Of a stretch of 20,608 bases of DNA, positions 8,119 through 13,728 are shown one piece after another. The notes beneath the pieces were generated by a model. The model was not told where the DNA came from and did no database searches. It worked only from the letters and a program-made list of their open reading frames with translations. The first letter of the stretch is position 1; every line of letters starts with the position of its first letter. Position numbers and translations under genes: made by a program. Source of the stretch: Myxococcales bacterium (lineage in GTDB: Bacteria; Myxococcota_A; SURF-8); the NCBI GenBank assembly GCA_003598065.1, contig QZKR01000129.1, positions 1 through 20,608 of the forward strand, written 5' to 3'.

Positions 8119-9672
8119 ATGTCCACCGCGCAGCTGACCGCCCTTGCCATCGTGGCCTTCGTCACGGTGGTGCTCTCGACCATCATTTTCCTGGCCTCGC
8201 GTTACAAGCGCTGCCCTTCCGACAAGATCCTCGTGGTCTTCGGCAAAGTGGGCGAAGGGCAGACCTCGCGCTGCATCCACGGCGGCGGCACGCTCGTCTG
8301 GCCCCTGATCCAGGACAGCGCTTTCTTGAGCCTGACGCCGATGACGATCAGCATTCCGCTGCAGGGCGCCTTGTCGCTGCAGAACATCCGCATCAACGTC
8401 CCCTCGACCTTCACGATCGGCGTCAGCACCAATCCCACGGTGATGCAGGCGGCGGCCGAGCGGCTTTTGGGCATCACCCGCAACGACGTCGAGGAGATGG
8501 CCAAGGAAATCATCTTCGGTCAATTGCGCCTCACCGTCGCCTCGCTGACGATCGAGCAGATCAACCAGGACCGCGAGAGCTTTCTGGAGGCGATCCGCAA
8601 GAACGTCGAGCCGGAACTCAACAAGGTCGGCCTCTATCTGATCAACGTCAACATCACCGACATCACCGACGAGTCCACCTACATCGAGTCGATCGGCAAG
8701 AAGGCGGCCTCCGAGGCGATCAACCAGGCCAAGATCGACGTGGCCCAGCAGGAGAAGCTGGGCGCGATCGGCGAGGCGGAAGCCAACCGCGTCAAGGAAA
8801 TCAAGGTCGCCGAGAACTCCGCCGAGAGCGAGAAGGGCAAGAAGCGGGCCGAGGCCGACAAGCGCATTTACGTGCAGCAGCAGGAGACGCAGGCGGCGGT
8901 CGGCGAGGCCGAGGCGTTTCGCGAGAAGCAGATCCGGATCGCCGAAAACATGGCGCAGAGCGAGAAGGGCCAGAAGAAGGCGGAGGCCGACAAGCGCATC
9001 TACGTGCAGCAGCAGGAAGCCGAGGCCGTGCAGGGCGAGAACACCTCCCGGGCCCAGATCGCCGATTACGAGGCGACGCTCGCCGTCAAGCAGGCGCAGG
9101 CCATGCAGCAGGGCGAGGTGGCGAAACGGCAGGCCGAGGAGGAGGTCCAGAAGGCGCAATACCGGATGGAGCAGGAGCGGCTGCGCGCCGATCTGGTCGT
9201 CAAGCAGGAAATCGAGAAGCAGCAGATCGAAATCGCCGCCGCCGCCGAGGGGGAACGGCAGCGCCGCGTCGCCGCCGGTCAGGCCGACGCCGTGCTGCTC
9301 AAGTATCAGGCCGAGGCGAAGGGCGTCCGGCAGGTGCTCGACGCCAAGGCGGCCGGCTACGAATCGCTGGTGAAGAGCTGCAACGGCGACGCCAAGGCGG
9401 CCTCGACGCTCTTGATGATCGAAAAGCTGGAGCAGATCGTCGGCCTGCAGGTGGAGGCGATCCGCAACCTGAAGATCGACAAGATCACCGTCTGGGATTC
9501 GGGCGCGGCCGACGGCAAAGGCTCCTCCACGGCGAACTTTCTGGCCGGCATGATCAAGAGCCTGCCGCCCTTGCAGGAAATCGCCGGCATGGCGGGGGTG
9601 GAACTGCCGGATTATCTCGGCCGGATGAAGGACGCCGCGCCCAAGGACGAACGGGTGACGGTGAAGCGGTAA
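8119..9672 (+). CDS. floT: Flotillin-like protein (SPFH/Band-7 family, FloT/YuaG/YqiK type), 517 aa
   Basis: AAGGAGG lies 6 nt before the ATG. There is an N-terminal TM helix (LTALAIVAFVTVVLSTIIFLA). The SPFH core includes ILVVFGKVGEG and TPMTISIPLQGALS. A long Glu/Ala/Gln/Lys-rich coiled coil with AEAE-type repeats follows. The tail is conserved (LMIEKLEQIVGLQVEAIRNLKIDKITVWDSG). Stop codon is TAA at 9670-9672. Confidence 0.9.
   Translation: MSTAQLTALAIVAFVTVVLSTIIFLASRYKRCPSDKILVVFGKVGEGQTSRCIHGGGTLVWPLIQDSAFLSLTPMTISIPLQGALSLQNIRINVPSTFTIGVSTNPTVMQAAAERLLGITRNDVEEMAKEIIFGQLRLTVASLTIEQINQDRESFLEAIRKNVEPELNKVGLYLINVNITDITDESTYIESIGKKAASEAINQAKIDVAQQEKLGAIGEAEANRVKEIKVAENSAESEKGKKRAEADKRIYVQQQETQAAVGEAEAFREKQIRIAENMAQSEKGQKKAEADKRIYVQQQEAEAVQGENTSRAQIADYEATLAVKQAQAMQQGEVAKRQAEEEVQKAQYRMEQERLRADLVVKQEIEKQQIEIAAAAEGERQRRVAAGQADAVLLKYQAEAKGVRQVLDAKAAGYESLVKSCNGDAKAASTLLMIEKLEQIVGLQVEAIRNLKIDKITVWDSGAADGKGSSTANFLAGMIKSLPPLQEIAGMAGVELPDYLGRMKDAAPKDERVTVKR
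8800..9063 (+). repeat. Intragenic tandem duplication (2 x ~132 nt, ~44 aa) within the flotillin coiled coil
   Basis: Segment 8800-8886 (atcaaggtcgccgagaactccgccgagagcgagaagggcaagaagcgggccgaggccgacaagcgcatttacgtgcagcagcaggag) recurs at 8932-9018 with about 85% identity. In protein terms, AENSAESEKGKKRAEADKRIYVQQQE matches AENMAQSEKGQKKAEADKRIYVQQQE. Confidence 0.8.
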
Positions 9673-9704
9673 CGGCGGCTAAAACCAGTATCATTATGAA
9701 ATAA

Positions 9705-9742
9705 GCCGTCTTCCCGGCCCTTCGAGACGGCGGGCCGTTTAT
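9705..9742. terminator. Bidirectional intrinsic terminator between convergent flotillin and lipoprotein genes
   Basis: There are two alternative GC stems. One is GCCGTCT (9705-9711) with AGACGGC (9725-9731). The other is CGGCCC (9715-9720) with GGGCCG (9732-9737). TTTAT follows on the plus strand and TTATTTCATAAT follows on the minus strand. Confidence 0.45.
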
Positions 9743-9794
9743 CCTGAGGAGCCCATGAAATGGGCGTCTCGAAGGATCGGCCCGCCTCCTCAGG
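9743..9794. repeat. Inverted repeat CCTGAGGAG / CTCCTCAGG enclosing palindrome CCCATgaaATGGG
   Basis: The 9-bp perfect arms are at 9743-9751 and 9786-9794. The inner 5-bp palindrome is at 9752-9764. In addition, cgtctcgaa (9765-9773) and cggcccgcc (~9778-9786) are reverse complements of ttcgagacg and ggcgggccg (9721-9737) in the terminator. Confidence 0.5.
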
Positions 9795-9831
9795 GACACG
9801 GGAAGACAACGCGAAATGGATAAAACTTGCT

Positions 9832-10884
9832 TTAACGCCTCTTCCACCCGGCCCAGGTGAGGGCGGGAAGCCCCTGGCCTACGAGCGTTTCGATCCGCAG
9901 GCCGTCGTCGGAGACGCGCGCCTCGCCGATCCGCGCCCACTGGCCTTCCTCGATGTGCGTCTCATCCCACGTATAAGTGGACACGCCGCCGAGCAGGTAA
10001 AGATCCGCCAGCGTTCCCGCGTCGAGTCCGGCCGTGTTCGGAAACGCCAGATGCGCGGCGTCGGGATCGTCGGCCGCGACTTCCGGCGCGAAGGCGACGA
10101 GCCCGTCCGGCGGGTCGGCGGAATCCACGAAGCAGGGCCAGCCGTAGCGCGCCGCATCCCAGACGAGCAGATCGATATCCTCGTAGGCGATGTCGTAGAG
10201 CGCCATTTTTTCCGGAACAAGAGAAAGCTCGACGCCGTTCGCCGTCAGCCGATGCGCCGCCGTCGGATCGCCGAGCGGATCGCGCGCCGTCGGGCCGGCC
10301 TTCGCCAGCCGCGCCGGCTCCTCAATGACGATTTCGCCGCCGAGGCCGAGTGCGACCGGGCAGGCGAGCGGGGCGAGATCGAGGTCGTCGGACTTGAGGA
10401 AGCGGAGGGCAAGGTGATCGACGCAGCGGCGCGCTTCCGGGACGTAAGCTATGTATTGGCCCGCCGTATTGCTGCGCACGGGCGAGAGGCAGGCCGAGGA
10501 GCCGTCGATGTTGTAAACGCAAAGCAGGGCGCTGACGCCCTTCAAGGGCGCGCCATTTTCGTCGCTCACGAGACCGGAGACGGATTGCACCGCCGCGCCG
10601 GCCTCGCAGGTCGGCGGCGTGCTTTCGACCGCATCATCTTCTTCGGCGGCATCCGCCTCGATTTCTTCGTCGCCGTCCTCCGGCGCATCGTCGCCGTCCG
10701 ACGAGGCGTCATCTTCGTCCGTCGCCGCCGACTCGTGATCGCTGTCGCCGTCGCTTGAGGCAGCATCTGTATCGCCATCTGGCAATGTGTTGTCATTCGT
10801 CGCCGCCTTGTCGCAGGCCGAGGCGACGAGCAGGAGCAGCAGAAGAATCAGCGCCGTCAATAAGCGGGACACGATCGCGCCCAT
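9832..10884 (-). CDS. Lipoprotein with poly-Asp acidic linker and carboxypeptidase-regulatory-like (Cna-B/Ig-like) domain, function unknown
   Basis: The signal peptide plus lipobox is MGAIVSRLLTALILLLLLLVASAC. It is followed by ~70 aa of D/E/S/A-rich sequence with repeated DGD and SDGD. The segment GLVSDENGAPLKGVSALLCVYNIDGSS resembles a CarboxypepD_reg motif. Its ATG directly abuts the TAG of the upstream gene (TAGATG). Stop codon is TAA at 9832-9834. Confidence 0.65.
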   Translation of the reverse strand: MGAIVSRLLTALILLLLLLVASACDKAATNDNTLPDGDTDAASSDGDSDHESAATDEDDASSDGDDAPEDGDEEIEADAAEEDDAVESTPPTCEAGAAVQSVSGLVSDENGAPLKGVSALLCVYNIDGSSACLSPVRSNTAGQYIAYVPEARRCVDHLALRFLKSDDLDLAPLACPVALGLGGEIVIEEPARLAKAGPTARDPLGDPTAAHRLTANGVELSLVPEKMALYDIAYEDIDLLVWDAARYGWPCFVDSADPPDGLVAFAPEVAADDPDAAHLAFPNTAGLDAGTLADLYLLGGVSTYTWDETHIEEGQWARIGEARVSDDGLRIETLVGQGLPALTWAGWKRR

Positions 10885-12435
10885 CTATTCGTTGTTGTCG
10901 CGGGCGATGCCGAGGAAATCGAGGTAATAATCCTCCGACTGCTCGGCGACGAGTTTCATGTCCGAGAGGCGCAGCGCCGCCGCCCAGGGGATCGAATTGA
11001 ACATCCGGCTCTCCCAGATGACGCGCCGCCCGGCGGTGTTGTCCACGTCGGCGAGCCGCACGCCGCCGGGGCATTTGTATTGCTCCGCGTACTGGTTGGC
11101 GTACTCGTTGGTGGCCGCCCGGCCCTGGATCGTGCCGTCGCCCACCACGAACACCGCTTCGGCGTTCAGGGCGTGCAGCTGGTTCAAGAGGCCGTCCTCA
11201 TTGCAGAAGCGGGTGCGCATGAAATCGGCGCAGGCGGAACACCAGCCGGCCGTGGCGATGATAAACAGCGTTTTGACTTCCGGATGGGCGCAGCGGTACT
11301 CGGCGAGGTTGAAGCCCGTCTGCTCCGCGCCCACGTAGGCCCCCGGCCAGCCCATCGGCGGCACGACGCCCGGCTTGGGGGACTCCTCGCCCGGCTCGGG
11401 GCCGATGAAGTAATAAGGGGCGTCGGGATACTCGCAACTCAAACCTTCCGGCGGCTCCAATTCCACATAGCCCGGCCCCCAGGCCGTGGCGGAGAATTCG
11501 AAGCGGGGCAGGCACCAGGTCTTGCCGCCGGGAACGGTGCGCGTGGCGAAGGTCTCGGAGTTGATCGTCACTTCGCGCAAAACGACGTTTTCGATCGCGC
11601 CGGCGAACGCCTGTCCCTCGGCGTCGCTGATGGCGCTGATGGCGATCGAACCGCCCGCCTTCGGCATGTAGGCGTGCTCGCACTCGCCCGCCTCGCAACC
11701 CTGGCGGATCAGCAGACACAGGCCGCAGTCGGCGTAGTCCGTTTCCTTCGCGCCGAGCGGATAGACGCCGGGGGCGGTCGGGCCGCCGTAGTCGCCGGTG
11801 TAGATTTCCACGGCGAGGACGTCGAGCGGCGTCGCGTCGCCGCTGCGGGCGTTGTAGACCCAGTAATCGTCGCCGCTGGAACTCTCGCTCTTTTCGGCGG
11901 TGGAAGCGGCGGCGAGAAAATCGTTTTCGTCGCAGGCGGGCGTGTCGCCATCGGTCGGCAGATCGCCGTCCGTGGGCGCGTCGCCGTCGCTGGGCGTGTC
12001 TCCGTCGGTCGGCGCGTCGCCATCCGTCGGTGCGTCGCCGTCCGTTGGGACGTCGCCGTCGCCGGGTTCGTCTCCGTCGGAGGGAGTTGACGTCTGGCAC
12101 GAACATTCCGCGACGCCGTTTAAGGCGCGGCCGCAGCCTTCCGAAGCGAGACCCTGCCGGGTGCAGGCCAGGCCGCAATGGATCGCCGTCCACTGGCCCA
12201 ATGCGCATTCGCAGAGGCTTGCGCCGATGCAGTAGGAAAACGCCCCCGCCGTACAGGCGCCCGCGCACTCGTCTGCGGACTGGTCGCCGTCCGCGGGAAC
12301 GTCGCCGTCCGCCGGGGCGTCGCCATCCGGTTCGTCGCCCGATTCTTCGCCGGTTTCGTTGCATTGCAGGCCGAGGAAAATCATTCCCGCGAGACCGATG
12401 AGGACCGGAAAACGCCAGAGACGTTGCGTGCGCAT
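10885..12435 (-). CDS. Secreted modular protein: signal peptide, 12-Cys module, DGDxPT hexapeptide repeats, thioredoxin-fold C-terminal domain with WCSAC; function unknown
   Basis: AAGGGAG lies 6 nt before the ATG. The signal peptide is MRTQRLWRFPVLIGLAGMIFLGLQC. A Cys-rich block follows (ECAGACTAGAFSYCIGASLCECALGQWTAIHCGLACTRQGLASEGCGRALNGVAECSC). Then comes about 7 copies of [PT]DGD[AVTL]P. The C-terminus reads KTLFIIATAGWCSACADFMRT and then AVFVVGDG, which looks like a thioredoxin beta-strand, CxxC and helix. Confidence 0.75.
   Translation of the reverse strand: MRTQRLWRFPVLIGLAGMIFLGLQCNETGEESGDEPDGDAPADGDVPADGDQSADECAGACTAGAFSYCIGASLCECALGQWTAIHCGLACTRQGLASEGCGRALNGVAECSCQTSTPSDGDEPGDGDVPTDGDAPTDGDAPTDGDTPSDGDAPTDGDLPTDGDTPACDENDFLAAASTAEKSESSSGDDYWVYNARSGDATPLDVLAVEIYTGDYGGPTAPGVYPLGAKETDYADCGLCLLIRQGCEAGECEHAYMPKAGGSIAISAISDAEGQAFAGAIENVVLREVTINSETFATRTVPGGKTWCLPRFEFSATAWGPGYVELEPPEGLSCEYPDAPYYFIGPEPGEESPKPGVVPPMGWPGAYVGAEQTGFNLAEYRCAHPEVKTLFIIATAGWCSACADFMRTRFCNEDGLLNQLHALNAEAVFVVGDGTIQGRAATNEYANQYAEQYKCPGGVRLADVDNTAGRRVIWESRMFNSIPWAAALRLSDMKLVAEQSEDYYLDFLGIARDNNE
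11935..12075 (-). repeat. 18-nt-period tandem repeat encoding (P-T-D-G-D-A/V/T) x ~7
   Basis: The plus strand shows iterated gtcgccgtc / ggtcggcgc units (ccatcggtcggcagatcgccgtccgtgggcgcgtcgccgtcgctgggcgtgtctccgtcggtcggcgcgtcgccatccgtcggtgcgtcgccgtccgttgggacgtcgccgtc). The Asp spacing is thrombospondin-type-3-like or calcium-binding-like. Confidence 0.75.
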
Positions 12436-12659
12436 GATGACTCCCTTGTTGTGCGTGGAAAAGGCGCAAACGCCGCTCTCAGACGGCGCGTTGTCAATTT
12501 AAGCGAATGGAAACGCCCGAAGAAGTGGGCTTTTTTCACGACACCGGGTCGATCATCGGCGCACGGCTGATATTTGTCAAGGAAGCGAACGGCGGCGAAC
12601 GTTCCGCCGCTTCCGTGGCGCCGACGTATGGACTAAAAATTATCCGTCCGACCCGTCGC

Positions 12660-12693
12660 TTGACTTGACATCGGCAAGCCGGGCCGCTAAGGT
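12660..12693 (+). promoter_or_regulatory. Candidate his operon promoter (overlapping -35 boxes TTGACTTGACA, weak -10 TAAGGT)
   Basis: TTGACT is at 12660-12665 and TTGACA at 12665-12670. A 17-nt spacer leads to TAAGGT at 12688-12693. This places the transcription start very close to the leader ATG. An upstream alternative is TAAAAAT at ~12635. Confidence 0.25.
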
Positions 12694-12699
12694 ACGAAC

Positions 12700-12756
12700 A
12701 TGATGACGAGACGGATTCACCATCACCATCGGGGGAAGAACCGGAAGGCCGGATAA
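12700..12756 (+). CDS. hisL: his operon leader peptide, 18 codons with four consecutive His codons
   Basis: ATG ATG ACG AGA CGG ATT CAC CAT CAC CAT CGG GGG AAG AAC CGG AAG GCC GGA TAA translates to MMTRRIHHHHRGKNRKAG. AAGGT lies 7 nt upstream. An intrinsic terminator follows immediately, then hisG. Confidence 0.6.
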   Translation: MMTRRIHHHHRGKNRKAG

Positions 12757-12784
12757 GGGTCTGTCTCCATCGCGAGATCGTTGA

Positions 12785-12816
12785 CGCCGGCCTAGCAGGT
12801 CGGCGTTTTTGTTTTT
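12785..12816 (+). terminator. his attenuator terminator (3:4 hairpin plus U-run)
   Basis: The stem is CGCCGGCC (12785-12792) with GGTCGGCG (12798-12805). It is 8 bp with one G.U pair and a tagca loop, followed by TTTTTGTTTTT. An alternative 2:3 pairing is AGGCCGG (12746-12752, overlapping the leader stop codon) with CCGGCCT (12787-12793). Confidence 0.65.
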
Positions 12817-12839
12817 CGTGAAGCGGAAAGGAGCGGCGC

Positions 12840-13715
12840 ATGTCGAACGCACGGGCGCAAGATCATTTGCGGCTGGCCCTGCCCAAGGGCCGGATGCAGG
12901 AGGGCGTCTTTCGGCTGCTGGCCGACGCCGGCATCGCCGTCGAGGCCGACGGGCGCAGCTACCGGCCGCGCCTCTCGCTCGCCGATTTCGAGGCGAAGAT
13001 CCTCAAGCCGCAGAACATCATCGAAATGCTGCACATGGGCTCGCGCGACGCCGGCTTCGCCGGGGCGGACTGGGCCGCCGAACTCAAGGCCGACGTGGTG
13101 GAGCTTCTGGACACGGGCCTGGACCCCGTGAAGCTCGTCGCCGCCGCGCCGACGCACATCCTTGTCGGCGGCCGGCTCCCCAAGCGCCCGCTCGTCGTCG
13201 CCTCGGAGTACGAGCGGCTGACGAAGGACTGGATCGCGCGGACGGGGCTGGACGCGACCTTCGTCAAGTCCTTCGGCGCGACGGAGGTCTTCCCGCCCGA
13301 GGACGCCGACTGCATCGTAGACAACAGCGCCACCGGCTCCACCCTGCGCGCCAACCGGCTGGACGTCGTCGATACGGTGATGACCAGCAGCACGCGGCTC
13401 TACGCCAGCCCGCGCGCGCTCAAGGACGCGGCGGCGCGCGGGGCGATCGAGCGGCTGGTGCTGCTGCTCAGGTCCGTCCTGGAGGCGCGGCGGCGCGTGA
13501 TGCTGGAGGTCAACGTCTCCAAGGACAATCTCGAAGCGCTGGTCAAGCTGCTGCCCTGCATGCGGCACCCGACGATCGCGCCCTTGTTCGGCGAGGACGG
13601 CTTCGCGGTGAAGGCCGCCGTGCCGCGCGAGCAGCTGCCGGCCTTGATCCCGCAGATCAAGGCCCACGGCGGGACGGACATCGTCGTCACCGCCCCCGAC
13701 CACCTGGTTCCATAA
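12840..13715 (+). CDS. hisG: ATP phosphoribosyltransferase, long form with C-terminal regulatory domain
   Basis: AAAGGAG lies 6 nt before the ATG. The N-terminus is LRLALPKGRMQEGVFRLL. It is 291 aa, which is long-form length. It is the first gene after the His leader. Confidence 0.93.
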   Translation: MSNARAQDHLRLALPKGRMQEGVFRLLADAGIAVEADGRSYRPRLSLADFEAKILKPQNIIEMLHMGSRDAGFAGADWAAELKADVVELLDTGLDPVKLVAAAPTHILVGGRLPKRPLVVASEYERLTKDWIARTGLDATFVKSFGATEVFPPEDADCIVDNSATGSTLRANRLDVVDTVMTSSTRLYASPRALKDAAARGAIERLVLLLRSVLEARRRVMLEVNVSKDNLEALVKLLPCMRHPTIAPLFGEDGFAVKAAVPREQLPALIPQIKAHGGTDIVVTAPDHLVP

Positions 13716-13728
13716 GCGAGGCCGCGCC

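Noticed and set aside
7248-9704. ORFs 7248..8186 (-), 8086..9159 (-) and 8103..9704 (+, 533 aa)
   Set aside because: These are alternate frames or antisense of the nfeD and flotillin genes. The flotillin frame has the SPFH motifs and a Shine-Dalgarno sequence, and the others are R/G/P-rich noise.
9755-9823. 22-codon sORF MKWASRRIGPPPQGHGKTTRNG with GAGGAG 3 nt upstream
   Set aside because: The Shine-Dalgarno spacing is too short. The ORF lies inside the hairpins of a convergent terminator region and nothing supports expression. It is kept only as a note within the structured-intergenic finding.
9760-12469. ORFs 9760..10758 (+), 11080..12090 (+) and 11198..12469 (-)
   Set aside because: They overlap the two secreted-protein genes in other frames or on the other strand. 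None has a signal peptide or motifs, and the chosen frames have lipobox or signal peptide plus a ribosome-binding site.
12515-12536. GCCC-gaagaagt-GGGC followed by TTTTTT on the plus strand
   Set aside because: It looks terminator-like, but nothing is transcribed into it on the plus strand because the upstream gene is divergent. On the minus strand it lies within the probable promoter or 5' region of the secreted-protein operon. It is too weak (4-bp stem) to call.
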